Source: Alphaproteobacteria bacterium
GTDB taxonomy: Bacteria > Pseudomonadota > Alphaproteobacteria > JAAXGF01
Direction of reading: 5' to 3'
DNA length: 64,000 nucleotides
NCBI GenBank assembly: GCA_963555825.3
Contig: CAUVXB020000001.1
Coordinates: forward strand, 1,344,001-1,408,000
Shown piece by piece: positions 10,580 through 21,058 of this stretch. Under the pieces are notes generated by a model that made no database searches, was not told the DNA's origin, and was given only the letters and a program-made list of their open reading frames with translations. Each line of letters starts with the position of its first letter. Within the stretch, counting starts at the first letter, position 1. The position numbers and the translations under genes are program-made.

Positions 10580-12221
10580 CCGACATTCCCCATATACCAT
10601 CCAAATTCGTGGAAATCGTACCACTTTCCCACCGCCAAGGGAACTGTATCCCCTATGCAGCCATCCGATGGCATGATTTTGGTAATCGGCCCGCGCTTGG
10701 AAGGCCACTCGGTCATTTTTCTCGCCATCCAGACACACCTCTCCTGTCGCTTTCTCCTCGCCGTCGATTCCCTCGGCCTACGCCGGAGCGGGTCTTCGTC
10801 GCAGATCATCAATCAAGCTCAGGATTTTCCGGAACAGGTCCCTCGGCACCGCCACCTCAGCCAATTGGAACGTAACGTAGCGGCCATGTCGGACAACCTT
10901 GGCCCCGATCTTCACCAGCTTGTCGCGCAACGTCGTCATCGACCAGTGCTCCACCTCCTTCGGCAAAGCCAGTGTCCTCATGAAGTTGCCCAGATTGTAG
11001 GCCAGGGCGTGAAGCTGGAGCCGAACGGCATTGTTGCGGAACTTGCGACATGACAGACGGGTCCAGTTGATGGCGTTCTTGCCTTCCTTGATGTGCTGCT
11101 CCGCCGTGCCACGGTGATTATAGAACGCCACCACCCGCTTGGTAGGGCGCGACAGATTAGTGACGATGAAACCGACGCGAGGAACCAGCTCGCCGGGGTG
11201 CCACTCCACTTTGGCCACGACACGGCGCTTCTTGTTCCACGATCCGGCCTGATAGCTGAAGCTGGCGTGGAAACGGCGAACATGGTCGGGCGGGCGACCG
11301 ACAGGTCGCGTAAGCAGATGGGCAATGTTCCGCTGGAGAATCGCGTTCGCTTTGAGGCGGATGACGTAGAGTAATCCCTCGGCTTCGAGATATTCGTATA
11401 TCTCCGGTGAGGCGAAGGCGGCATCGCCACGAAAATACAGCCGCACCTTCCTTTCCTTATAGCGCATCACCACCGGCTCCAGAACATTCCGCCATCCGTC
11501 GGCACTGTGAACATTACCGGGGCGCAGGGAACATCTCTCCAAGTCGCCGAACTGGTTGAACAGGAATAGCGGATGCTAGCAGGTACAGCCGAAGTGACCA
11601 TTGTACGCTGTTCCCTCTTGTTCGCCATGGGTCGGGCTGACGCTGCTGTCCATGTCGAGAATGATCATCTTCGGCGGATGGCGGTCATGAACCTTGTCGA
11701 TCCACACCCCGTTCATGTCGACCAAGGCTTCAACGTTCTCGTCGGTGGCCAATAGCTCCGTCTCGAAGCGTCCCATCTGGCTGGTGGAAGCGGCCTGTCT
11801 TTCGATGGCCTTGCCGCCAACAATCCAGCGCATGGCGGGATCGCGTCCCAGACGGTCGGCGTCGTTCACATCGTCATAGCCGCCAAGGCGCCCGAAAACG
11901 GACTGGCGAAACTGACCCGTCATGCCGTGCCATCCGTTCTTGCCGGTACGGCTATCCTGGAAAACACCCTCGGCCATCTCAGTCAGGCCGAGGGCATCGT
12001 CAAGCTCCCGGTAGGCGAGCAACCCGGCATCAGAGGTGATCTTGGAACCGTGGAATTCAAGCTTCAATCGACGGTCAAAAACGACCCGAAGGCACCCCGG
12101 TTTCGATTCACCCATCGGGTGTGCCATATCCGCCGCTCCATGTATGCTACAACTTCATGATTCTTATAGCAGAATCGCCTTCTCGCCGCACTGAATATCG
12201 ACGATACTTGGGAAATGCGGG
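10580..12221 (-). mobile_element. IS1380-family element, copy 1 (1642 bp); transposase split by an in-frame TAG
   Basis: Ends CCCGCATTTCCCA / CCGACATTCCCCA; ORFs 11576..12127 and 10778..11542 are in one frame (HFGCTC*HPLF); flanks read TTAAG / TTAAA, an imperfect duplication. Confidence 0.93.
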
Positions 12222-12347
12222 CTTAAGGGATATCCCTTTTTGTCCGGGGAACCTCCCTAAGCGACGCGCCGTCCCGGCTTTGGCGTGACCGCGGCGCCGT
12301 GACACGGTAGATAGACAGCACCGCAACCGCCCACCGAGGTCCCCGCC

Positions 12348-13268
12348 ATGCCGACGCCGCTTCCCAAATTCGTCTTCCTCGACGGCCAGATCGTTCCCTG
12401 GGACGACGCCAAGCTGCATGTCTTCTCGCCCGCCGTGAAATACGGCGCCGGCGTCTTCGAGGGGATTCGCGGCTATTGGAACGAAGACGAGAACCAGATG
12501 TACGTCTTCCGCGTCGCCGAACACCTCGCGCGGCTGCGCTATTCGCAGATCATGATGCGCTTCGACCGCGTCTTCGAGCCCGACGAGGTCGAACCGCCGA
12601 TGCTCGAGCTGATCCGGCGCAACGACCACCACGCGACGATCCACATCCGTCCGACCGTGTTTGTCGACGGCATCCAAGAATCGGCGGCGACGGGCCCGAT
12701 CGGCATGTTCATCACGACCTTCGTACGGCCCACGCCGGCCTATCTGCAGACCGGCTGCTCGGCGCAGGTCAGCTCGTGGCAGCGCCTCTCGGACCGCGCC
12801 ATGCCGGTGCGCGTCAAGGCCAACGCCAACTACAACAACTCGCGCTACGCCGGTATCCAGGCGCGCAACGACGGCTACGACACGGCGATCATGCTCAACG
12901 ACCGCGGCCAGGTCTCCGAAGGCCCCGGCATGTGCCTGTTCATCGTGCGCAGCGGCCGGCCGCTGACGCCGTCGGTCACCGCCGACATCCTGGAGAGCAT
13001 CACGCGCGACGCGGTGATCGAGATTCTCGAGGCCGACTTTGGGCTCACGACCGCGGAGCGCGAGATCGGCCGCAGCGAGCTTTACGCGGCCGAAGAGGCG
13101 TTCTTCTGCGGCACCGCCTGGGAGGTCACGCCGATCACCAGCATCGACGGCCTGGCGGTCGGCGACGGCCAGGTCGGCCCGATCACAAAGCGCCTGCAGG
13201 ACCGTTATTTCGACATCGTCCACGGCCACGTCGCCGACGACCGCGGCTGGCTGACACCGGTCTACTAG
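12348..13268 (+). CDS. Class IV aminotransferase (branched-chain amino-acid aminotransferase family)
   Basis: YGAGVFEGIRGY, KANANYNNS, SEGPGMCLF, ILESITRD, EEAFFCGTAWEVTPI. Confidence 0.9.
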   Translation: MPTPLPKFVFLDGQIVPWDDAKLHVFSPAVKYGAGVFEGIRGYWNEDENQMYVFRVAEHLARLRYSQIMMRFDRVFEPDEVEPPMLELIRRNDHHATIHIRPTVFVDGIQESAATGPIGMFITTFVRPTPAYLQTGCSAQVSSWQRLSDRAMPVRVKANANYNNSRYAGIQARNDGYDTAIMLNDRGQVSEGPGMCLFIVRSGRPLTPSVTADILESITRDAVIEILEADFGLTTAEREIGRSELYAAEEAFFCGTAWEVTPITSIDGLAVGDGQVGPITKRLQDRYFDIVHGHVADDRGWLTPVY

Positions 13269-13282
13269 CGGGCGGGCTTCCA

Positions 13283-14212
13283 GTGGGCAATACGGCCAGC
13301 GGCGAGACCGCGGCCGCCGCGCCAGCCGCGGGCGCGCGGCTCGTGCTCGGCAGCCTGGTCGCGCTCGGCTCGGCGGTCACCTTCGCGCTCAACATGGCGC
13401 TGGCGCGCATCGCCTACGACGCGGGCGGCAACATCCATGCGCTCAACCTCACGCGCGCCTTGCTGTTCCTCGTCTGCCTGGCCGCGTTCCTGCGCCTCGC
13501 CGGCCGGCCGATCGGCATGCCGCGCCGCGCGGTGGTTTTCAGCCTGCTGCTCGGCGCCCTGTTGTGCCTCGAGATGTATCTGCTGCTCGGCGCCATCCTG
13601 TTCATCCCGGTCTCGCTGACCATCCTGATCCTCTACACCTACCCGCTGATGCTCGCCGCGGTGACTTGGGCGACCGGGCGCGAGCCGGCGTCGCCGGCGC
13701 GTTTCGCGGCGCTGTTCGCCGCCTTCGTCGGCTTGGGCCTGGCGCTCGCCGCGCCGGCCACCGCGCTCGACTGGCGCGGCCTCGCGATCGCCGGCTGCTC
13801 GGCGGTGACGCTGGCGACCATCCTGATGGTCAGCGAGCGCACCATGGCGGGCCGCGACAACCGCGTCGTCATGCTCTACATGATGATCGCCGCCTCGGGC
13901 CTGATCGCAGCGCTCTCGCTCACCATGGTCGAGCTCGCCTGGCCGGCGGGCACGACCGGCTGGCTCGCCTTCGCCGGCTCGACCGGATCTTACGTGGTGG
14001 CGACCTTCTGCCTGTTCACCGCGGTCTCGATGATCGGCCCGCTGCGCACCGCGGCGATCGACAACACCACGCCGGTCTGGTCGGTGCTGTTCGGCCTGTG
14101 GCTGATCGGCGAGACCCTGGCGCCGCGCCAGCTGCTCGGCATCGCACTCGTCGTCGGCGCGCTGATCGTCCTACAATTCCTGCAACGCCCACGCCGCCCG
14201 ATGCACGGGTAG
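13283..14212 (+). CDS. DMT/EamA-family transporter
   Basis: About ten hydrophobic segments in two repeats; ILYTYPL, GPLRTA, GETL motifs; GTG start 14 bp after the aminotransferase stop. Confidence 0.85.
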   Translation: MGNTASGETAAAAPAAGARLVLGSLVALGSAVTFALNMALARIAYDAGGNIHALNLTRALLFLVCLAAFLRLAGRPIGMPRRAVVFSLLLGALLCLEMYLLLGAILFIPVSLTILILYTYPLMLAAVTWATGREPASPARFAALFAAFVGLGLALAAPATALDWRGLAIAGCSAVTLATILMVSERTMAGRDNRVVMLYMMIAASGLIAALSLTMVELAWPAGTTGWLAFAGSTGSYVVATFCLFTAVSMIGPLRTAAIDNTTPVWSVLFGLWLIGETLAPRQLLGIALVVGALIVLQFLQRPRRPMHG

Positions 14213-14250
14213 GGGGCTCGGCAGGTTCATCTATACGGGAGACCCGCGAC

Positions 14251-14646
14251 ATGATCGTAAGACGGCTCGACGAACTCAGGGAGACCGACGCGGCGGCCAA
14301 GGTCGCGGGCGGCACGGTCGATGTGGTGCGCTACTTGCTCGCCGCCGACGGCGCGGGCTTCAGCGTCTCGGACGTCGTCGCGCCGGCCGGCAGCGAGAGC
14401 ACCCTGCAATACAAGAACCACGTCGAGGCCAACCTGGTGCTCGAGGGCGAAGGGACGGTCGAGGACCTGGCGACCGGCGAGGTCCACGCGCTCGCGCCGG
14501 GCACCCTGTACGTCGTCTACCCGACCGACCGGCACGTCGTGCGCGCGATTACCGACGTCCGCTTAATCAGTATCTTCAACCCGCCGATCGTCGGCGACGA
14601 GACCCACGACGCCGACGGCGGCTACCCCGCCGCGCCGGCCGCTTGA
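14251..14646 (+). CDS. ectC: Ectoine synthase-like cupin, solitary (no ectAB nearby)
   Basis: MIVRRL, RYLLAADGAGFS, YKNHVEA...EGEG.VEDLATGE, PGTLY...DRH, FNPPIVGDETHD are the EctC signature. Confidence 0.8.
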   Translation: MIVRRLDELRETDAAAKVAGGTVDVVRYLLAADGAGFSVSDVVAPAGSESTLQYKNHVEANLVLEGEGTVEDLATGEVHALAPGTLYVVYPTDRHVVRAITDVRLISIFNPPIVGDETHDADGGYPAAPAA

Positions 14647-14679
14647 GCCCCGCCTCTCGACGGCGCCCGCTGGCGTGCT

Positions 14680-15195
14680 ATGGTGATCGCCAGCCGGGTC
14701 TGTAAACCGGAGGATTTGGGTCTGAGCAAGCTCCAGGCGGCGGTTATCGCCGGCCTGATTTTCATGGTCGTGCTCGTCATGGGGCTGGCCGCGATCGGGC
14801 ATTTCACGCAGAACAACGGGCGGGTCACGATGACGCCGACCGAACTCGCGCCGTTGGACATGACGGTCGGTCAGATGCTCGACAAGCTCGCCACGACGGC
14901 CAACGACATGAAGGGCGAGAAGGTCGCCGCCAACGTCGCCGTCATCGGCGCGCGGGTCAAGGACGGCGCGCGCCTGACCTATTTCTATGCAATCACCAAC
15001 GGCTCGGACGGCCAGATCGACACCACGGCCGCACAGGAGATCGCCGAGAAACTCGCGCGCAAGGTCTGCCGGGACCGCATCTCACGCGCCGCGATCGACG
15101 GCGGCGGACTGATCGTTTTCGACTACCGCGGAACCGAAGGCGAAACGGTCACCAAGATCAAGGTCGACCGCGCGGCCTGCACCGCGGTCATGTAG
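14680..15195 (+). CDS. Hypothetical protein with one N-terminal transmembrane anchor
   Basis: Hydrophobic segment AAVIAGLIFMVVLVMGLAAIG followed by a soluble domain with two Cys; start uncertain. Confidence 0.6.
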   Translation: MVIASRVCKPEDLGLSKLQAAVIAGLIFMVVLVMGLAAIGHFTQNNGRVTMTPTELAPLDMTVGQMLDKLATTANDMKGEKVAANVAVIGARVKDGARLTYFYAITNGSDGQIDTTAAQEIAEKLARKVCRDRISRAAIDGGGLIVFDYRGTEGETVTKIKVDRAACTAVM

Positions 15196-15258
15196 CGTAT
15201 CGTTCGGTGGCAGACTGATTCCAAGGATCAGGCGCCGCCGCCAACCGCCCCGAAAAGA

Positions 15259-16605
15259 TCAGCCAAGCACCGCCTTGGTCGCCTCGGCGAGGATCTCGAC
15301 GCAGCGGTCGATGTTCGCCTCGGTCGTCACGATCGGCGGCGCGATCTGATAGACGTCGCCGCGTGTGCGGCTGAACAATCCGCGCGTGATACCCTCGGCG
15401 TGGATCCGGGGGCCGACTGCCTTGGCCGCGTCGAACGGCGCCTTGGTCGCGCGGTCCTCGACGTACTCGATGCCGCACATCAGCCCCAGGCCGCGGACCT
15501 CGCCGACGTTCGGGTGATCGCCCAGCGCATCGCGCAAGCCGTTCAGCAGGCGCGCGCCCTTGCTCGCGGCCTGGCCTGGAAAGTCCTCGCCCTCGACGAT
15601 GTCGAGCATGGCGAGCGCCACCGCGCAGCCGGTCGGGTGCGCGCTGTAGGTATAGGCGTGCATCCAGGCCTGGCCGCTCTCGAGAATGACGTCGGCGACC
15701 GCATCGCTCATGCCGATGCCGCCGAGCGGGAAGTAGCCCGAGGTGATCGCCTTGGCGAACTGGATCAGGTCGGGCTCGACGCCCCAATGCTCGAGGCCGA
15801 ACATCGTGCCGGTCCGCCCGAAGCCGGTGATCACCTCGTCCGACACGAACAGCACGTCGTACTCGGTGCAGATCTCGCGGATGCGCGGGAAGTAGTCGTC
15901 CTGCGGCACGATGACGCCGCCGGCGCCCTGCACCGGCTCGGCGATGAACATCGCCACCGTGTCGGGGCCCTCGGCGAGAATTGCCTTCTCCAGCTCGTCG
16001 GCCGCGGCGATGCCCTGGCTGGCCGCGCCTTCGGGCGCCTCGTAGCGATAGGGGTAGGGCGTCGGGATATGGCTGAAGCCGGGGATGCGCGGCTCGAACA
16101 TCGTCCAATAGGGCTCGATGCCGGTGCAGCACATGGCGGCCAGCGTGGTGCCGTGATAGCCCCAGATGCGCGAGATCACCTTGGTCTTGTTCGGCTTGCC
16201 CATCAGCTTCCAATAGTGCCGCGCGAGCTTGATGTTCGAATCGGTCGCCTCGCCACCGCCCGAGGTGAAGTAGAAACGGTTGATGCTCGGGTAGCAGATG
16301 GCGGCCAGCCGTTCGGCCAACTCGATGGCGCGCGGGTTCGAACTGCCGGTGTAGCCCGAGGCGTAGGCCATTTCCTGCATCTGCTTGTAGGCCGCCTCGG
16401 CCAGCTCTCGTCGGCCGTTGCCGGCGGTGTTGTTCCACAGCCCCGACAGGCCGTCGATGAACCGGCCGCCGTTGGCGTCGATCAGGATTTCGCCCTCGCC
16501 GCCGACCCACACCTTGCCGCCAGCGTGTGCGGCGGGGTTGTGCAGGGGATGAATCAGATGGGCGGCGTCACGCTCGATCATGACGGTTTCGGTATCGTTC
16601 AGCAT
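15259..16605 (-). CDS. Class III (omega-amine:pyruvate type) aminotransferase
   Basis: DGLSGLWN, SGGGEATD, GYHGTT, AEPVQGAGGVIVP, DEVITGFGRTG, AKAITSGYFPLG. Confidence 0.93.
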   Translation of the reverse strand: MLNDTETVMIERDAAHLIHPLHNPAAHAGGKVWVGGEGEILIDANGGRFIDGLSGLWNNTAGNGRRELAEAAYKQMQEMAYASGYTGSSNPRAIELAERLAAICYPSINRFYFTSGGGEATDSNIKLARHYWKLMGKPNKTKVISRIWGYHGTTLAAMCCTGIEPYWTMFEPRIPGFSHIPTPYPYRYEAPEGAASQGIAAADELEKAILAEGPDTVAMFIAEPVQGAGGVIVPQDDYFPRIREICTEYDVLFVSDEVITGFGRTGTMFGLEHWGVEPDLIQFAKAITSGYFPLGGIGMSDAVADVILESGQAWMHAYTYSAHPTGCAVALAMLDIVEGEDFPGQAASKGARLLNGLRDALGDHPNVGEVRGLGLMCGIEYVEDRATKAPFDAAKAVGPRIHAEGITRGLFSRTRGDVYQIAPPIVTTEANIDRCVEILAEATKAVLG

Positions 16606-16911
16606 GGCGGCGGACTCCTGGTGTTTCGTGGTCGTCGGCTCCCTCGCGTCGTCCCAGGGGAGGGCCGGCCGGCGGAAAGAGATGTTCGCAATTCCGAAGA
16701 CAGATACTTAACAGACAATGGCCGGCACAGCCAAATCAGGGCAGCTATGCGCGCAGCGAGGACGCGACTTGACCATTGGTGCGGTCACCTTCGGTGACCT
16801 GCGCTCAATCGCCGCGCATGCCAATCTTTATCCCACAAGGCCAATGTTAGTCCCACAAGAATTGGCCGAACGGTCGGCGGCCCCCCTCTTGTCCCAATAA
16901 GACTGGCACGG

Positions 16912-16955
16912 GCTGAAGTAATTCGACCGATTCCAATCGCTCGAATTATGCTCTA
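16912..16955. repeat. ~45-bp palindromic repeat, copy A (degenerate)
   Basis: Core TAATTCGACCGATTCCAATCGCTCGAATTATGCTCTA; similar to 61770-61814; overlaps the TAG stop of the DUF1348 gene. Confidence 0.6.
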
Positions 16956-17375
16956 ACGCTCCCAGCGGAACTTGCGCTCGGATTCGTCGATCGGCAGATC
17001 GTTGATGCTCGCCTGGCGCCAGCTCATCAGGCCGTTGTCGGCGAACTCCCAGTTCTCGTTGCCTTAGGCCCGAAACCAGTAGCCGCCGTCGTCGTGGTAC
17101 TCGTACTCGAAGGTCACGGCGATCCGGTTGCCGGCGAAGCACCAGAGCTTCTTCCTGAGGCGGTAATCGAGCTCGCGGTCCCACTTGCGGGTCAGGAATT
17201 CGACGATCTTGTCGCGCCCGGTGAAGAACTCGGCGCGGTTGCGCCACACCGAATCGGTCGTATAGGCGAACGACACGCGCTCGGGATCGCGCGTGTTCCA
17301 GCCGTCCTCGGCCGCCTGCACCTTGGCGGCCGCCGTCTCTTCGGTGAATGGCGGCAGCGGCGGTCGTTCTTCCAT
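16953..17375 (-). pseudogene. DUF1348 / NTF2-like (SnoaL) protein with a premature stop
   Basis: [27 protein letters not shown]...WRNR; TAA at 17064-17066 in WFRA*GNENWEF (normally Tyr); the frame continues to RKFRWER* at 16953. Confidence 0.88.
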
Positions 17376-17420
17376 CTGATACTCCTCTTATTTGTCTTTC
17401 CCCCTCGTTGCGGTAGGGCC

Positions 17421-18725
17421 CTAGCGCGCCAGGCGATCGCGCATCCGGTAGTAGGCGACGGCGCCGGCCAGGAACCACGGCTTGCCGCCGTAGAACGGCC
17501 GGGTCTGGAGCGGCATGTCGTCGAACGCCGTCGCGCCGGCGGTGTCGCCGAGCACCTTGAGGCCGGCCTTGTGGCCGAGATAGCTGCCCATGGCGACGCC
17601 CGAACCACAGTAACCCATCGCGTAGTGCATGCCGTCGCGGACGCCGACATGCGGTATCTTGTCGAAGGTGTAGGCGACGAAGCCCATCCACGAATGGCTG
17701 ATCTTGACCTCGGCGAGCTCGGGGTGAATGCCGCTCATCACCGCGTGCAGCCTGGGGCCGCTGACCAGCGGGTCGGTCTCGGCCAGCGCGACGCGGCCGC
17801 CGAACACGATGCGCGTGCGGTCGGGCGAGGCGCGCCAGTAGAGCACGACGCGGCGCGAATCGTTGAGCACCCGGTTCTTCGGCATAAGCCGGTCGATCAG
17901 CCCGGGCGCCAGCGGCTCGGTCGCGATCATGTAGCTGCCGATCGGAATCACGCGGCGCGCGAAACCGGGCAGGATAGCGCTCTGGTTGGTGTAGCCGTTG
18001 GTCGCGACGACGACATCGCGTGCCGCCATCGCGCCGCGCGGGGTGGTCACCTCGAAGCCCGTTTGCGTGCGCTCGACGCGCGTTACCGGGGTATGCGCGG
18101 CGACCGCGACGCCGGCCGACATGGCGCGCGCCAGAAGGCCGCGATGATAGCGCGCCGGGTGCACCGCGGCGTGGTTCGCGATGACGCCGCCGCCATGGTA
18201 CAGGTCCGAGCCGATCTCGTTGTGCTGCTCGGCCTTGGGCACGGCGTAGCACTCGATGCCCAGTTCGCGATTGAGCATCTCGAAGTCGCGCGCCATCGCG
18301 TCATACTTGCCTGGCGTGTGCGCGCCGACGAAGCGGCCGGGCCGGATCAGATCGCATTCGATCTGCTCGCGCTCGATAAAATCGACGAGATATTCGAGCG
18401 AGGCCAGCGCGTCACCGTACATCGCCTTGGCGCGCGCGCCGCCATAGCGCCTGGTCAGCCCGTCGAGCCCCGGCTTGAGGCTGGCGCCGCACTGCCCGCC
18501 GTTGCGCGAGCTGCAGCCCCAGCCGGCGTCCTCGGCGTCGAATACGATGACGCTGCGCCCCTCGCGCGCGACCGTCAACGCGGCTGACAGGCCGGTGTAT
18601 CCCGAGCCGACGACGGCGACGTCGGCGCTCTTGGGCTGCACCGGCTCGGGCAGATCGGGCGGCGGCGACTGGTCGAGCCAATAGGCCTCGAGCTTGTGAT
18701 CATCGGCGAACAACGGATGGACCAT
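17421..18725 (-). CDS. FAD-dependent oxidoreductase (DadA/PuuB family)
   Basis: VVGSGYTGLSAA, SSRNGGQ, VVVATNGYT, GYCGSGV; start MVHPLF at 18725. Confidence 0.9.
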   Translation of the reverse strand: MVHPLFADDHKLEAYWLDQSPPPDLPEPVQPKSADVAVVGSGYTGLSAALTVAREGRSVIVFDAEDAGWGCSSRNGGQCGASLKPGLDGLTRRYGGARAKAMYGDALASLEYLVDFIEREQIECDLIRPGRFVGAHTPGKYDAMARDFEMLNRELGIECYAVPKAEQHNEIGSDLYHGGGVIANHAAVHPARYHRGLLARAMSAGVAVAAHTPVTRVERTQTGFEVTTPRGAMAARDVVVATNGYTNQSAILPGFARRVIPIGSYMIATEPLAPGLIDRLMPKNRVLNDSRRVVLYWRASPDRTRIVFGGRVALAETDPLVSGPRLHAVMSGIHPELAEVKISHSWMGFVAYTFDKIPHVGVRDGMHYAMGYCGSGVAMGSYLGHKAGLKVLGDTAGATAFDDMPLQTRPFYGGKPWFLAGAVAYYRMRDRLAR

Positions 18726-18739
18726 TCCATTCGGCTCCT

Positions 18740-21058
18740 CTACGCGGTGCCGGCGGGCGACGCGCCGCGGATCGCGCGCCATACTTTCTCGGACGTCAGC
18801 GGCATGTCGACGTGGCGCACGCCGTATTCGCTGAGCGCGTCGACCACGGCGTTGACCACCGCGGCCAGCGCGCCGGTCGTGCCCGCCTCGCCGACGCCCT
18901 TGACGCCCAGTGGATTGGTCGCGCACGGCTGCTCGTTGAAGACGACGGCGATGTTCGGCAGGTCGTCGGCGCGCGGCAGACAATAGTCCATCAGCGAGCC
19001 GGTCAAGAGCTGACCCGAGTGCGCGTCGTAACGCGCTTCCTCGCACAGCGCCTGGCCGACGCCCTGGGCGATGCCGCCGTGCACCTGGCCCTCGGCGATC
19101 ATCGGGTTGAGCACGCGGCCGATGTCATCGACGCTGGTGTAGCCGACGATCGCGACGGCGCCGGTCTCGACGTCGACCTCGACCTCGCAGACGTGGCAAC
19201 CATTGGCGTGGGTGTGCGCCTCGGCGGTATAGAGCACGCCGTCGGCGAGCGGCGCACCATTTTTGGCGGCGGCACGCGCGACCTCGATCATGGTGACGCC
19301 GCGGTCGGTGCCGGCGACCGTGAACACGCCGTCGGCGAAGGCGATGTCGGCGGTCGCCGCCTCGATCAACTCGGCCGCGAGACCCTTCGCCGTCTCGATG
19401 ATCTTGTCGGCCGCCTGAACCAGCGCGACGCCGCCGACGCTGAGCGCGCTCGATCCGCCCGTGCCCTGGCCGTAGCGGACCCGGCGCGTGTCGCCCTGGA
19501 CGACGCGAATGCTCTCGAACGGCACGCCGAGGCGCCCGGCGGCCATTTGCGCGAATGCGGTCTCGTGGCCCTGGCCGTTCGACTGCGAGCCGATCGTGAC
19601 GCACAATCCGCCGTCTTCGTCGAAGGCGAGTTCGGCCAGTTCGTCGTCGACGCCGCCGTTGATCTTGACGTAGGACGACAGGCCGACGCCATAGCGCTTG
19701 CCGGCATCGCGCGCCGCCGCCTTGCGCGCCGCGACGTCGCCCTGCCGCGCCAGCGCCAGCGCGTCGTCGAGGTTGCGCGCGAAATCGCCCGAATCGTAGG
19801 TCTCGCCGGTGCCGGTATTGAACGGCATGGCGGCCGCCGGCACCAGGTTGCGCCGCCTGAGCTCGACCGCCGACATGCCAAGCTCGGCCGCCGCGGCATC
19901 GATCAGCCGCTCGACGACGTAAATGCCCTCAGGACGCCCCGCGCCGCGGTAGGCGTCGATCATCATGGTATTGGTGAAGATCACCTTGACCGCCACGTGA
20001 TAGGCCGCGATGTCGTAGGCGCCGGTGACCGCCGCGGCAAAGCCGCCGGTCGCCGAGCCGCGGCCGTAGGGCGTCACATAGGCGCCGTTGTTGGCCAGCG
20101 TCTCGCAGCGGATGGCGAGGATGCGGCCGTCGCCGTCGAGCGCCAACTCGGCGCGGGTCACCTTGTCGCGTGCCTGCAAGTCGCTCAGCATCGCCTCGCC
20201 GCGCTCGGCCACCCATTTGATCGGCCGCCCCGTTCGCCGCGCCGCCCACAACAGGAGCGCCTGCTCGGGGATCGCCGTCGCGCGCATGCCGAAGCCGCCG
20301 CCGACGTCGGGCGTGACCACCGTCATCGCGCTCTCGGGCAGCCCGAAGACAGGCCCCGCGAGGTCGCGGCGCAGGAAGTGGACGCCCTGGCTTGGCGCGT
20401 GGAGCGTGTAGTGCTCGGCCGCCGGGTCCCAGGCGGCGAGCGCGGCGACCGGCTCCATCGGCATGATGATGACTCGGTTGTCGACCAGATCGAGGCGCGT
20501 GACATGCGCGGCGGCAGCGAAGGCGCGTTCGGTCGCGGCCGCATCGCCCGCCGCCCAGTCGATCGAGACGTTGCCCGGCGCGTCGTCCCAGACCAGCGGC
20601 GCGCCGGCCGCCGTCGCGGCGGCGATGTCGCCGACCGCGTCGAGCGGCGCGTAGTCGACCTCGATCAGCTCCGCCGCGTCGCGCGCTTGCGCTTCGGTCT
20701 CGGCGACGACGATCGCCACTGGCTCGCCAAGATAGCGCGCGCGGCGATGCGCGATCATCGGCCGGGGCGGCGAGACCGGATCGCTGCCGTCACGGTTCAC
20801 GAGCCGGTCGCTGCGGGGAATGTCGCCCAACCCATCGGCCACGGCGTCGTCGCCGGTGAACACGGCGATGACGCCCGGCGCGGACCGCGCGGCGTCCACG
20901 TCGATCGCCGCGATTTCGGCGTGGGCGTGCGGCGAGCGAAGGAAACAGGCGCAGACCTGGCCGGCGAGTTCGATATCGGCGGTATAGCGGCCGGCGCCGG
21001 TCAAGAACCGTGCGTCCTCGCTGCGCCTGATCGACTGTCCGAAACCCTGTTCGCCCAT
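18740..21058 (-). CDS. Xanthine dehydrogenase-family molybdopterin-binding large subunit (CoxL-like)
   Basis: RRSEDARFLTGAGRY, RSPHAHA, DVGGGFG, AYRGAGRPE, GQGHET, GQVHGGIAQG, GVKGVGEAG. Confidence 0.92.
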   Translation of the reverse strand: MGEQGFGQSIRRSEDARFLTGAGRYTADIELAGQVCACFLRSPHAHAEIAAIDVDAARSAPGVIAVFTGDDAVADGLGDIPRSDRLVNRDGSDPVSPPRPMIAHRRARYLGEPVAIVVAETEAQARDAAELIEVDYAPLDAVGDIAAATAAGAPLVWDDAPGNVSIDWAAGDAAATERAFAAAAHVTRLDLVDNRVIIMPMEPVAALAAWDPAAEHYTLHAPSQGVHFLRRDLAGPVFGLPESAMTVVTPDVGGGFGMRATAIPEQALLLWAARRTGRPIKWVAERGEAMLSDLQARDKVTRAELALDGDGRILAIRCETLANNGAYVTPYGRGSATGGFAAAVTGAYDIAAYHVAVKVIFTNTMMIDAYRGAGRPEGIYVVERLIDAAAAELGMSAVELRRRNLVPAAAMPFNTGTGETYDSGDFARNLDDALALARQGDVAARKAAARDAGKRYGVGLSSYVKINGGVDDELAELAFDEDGGLCVTIGSQSNGQGHETAFAQMAAGRLGVPFESIRVVQGDTRRVRYGQGTGGSSALSVGGVALVQAADKIIETAKGLAAELIEAATADIAFADGVFTVAGTDRGVTMIEVARAAAKNGAPLADGVLYTAEAHTHANGCHVCEVEVDVETGAVAIVGYTSVDDIGRVLNPMIAEGQVHGGIAQGVGQALCEEARYDAHSGQLLTGSLMDYCLPRADDLPNIAVVFNEQPCATNPLGVKGVGEAGTTGALAAVVNAVVDALSEYGVRHVDMPLTSEKVWRAIRGASPAGTA

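Noticed and set aside
12348-16605. A complete ectABC ectoine cluster
   Set aside because: No EctA is present, and the class III aminotransferase is convergent and looks like an omega-amine transaminase rather than EctB.
18740-21058. Aerobic CO dehydrogenase (form I CoxL)
   Set aside because: The active-site loop is AYRGAGR, not AYxCSFR, and no coxM or coxS is adjacent.
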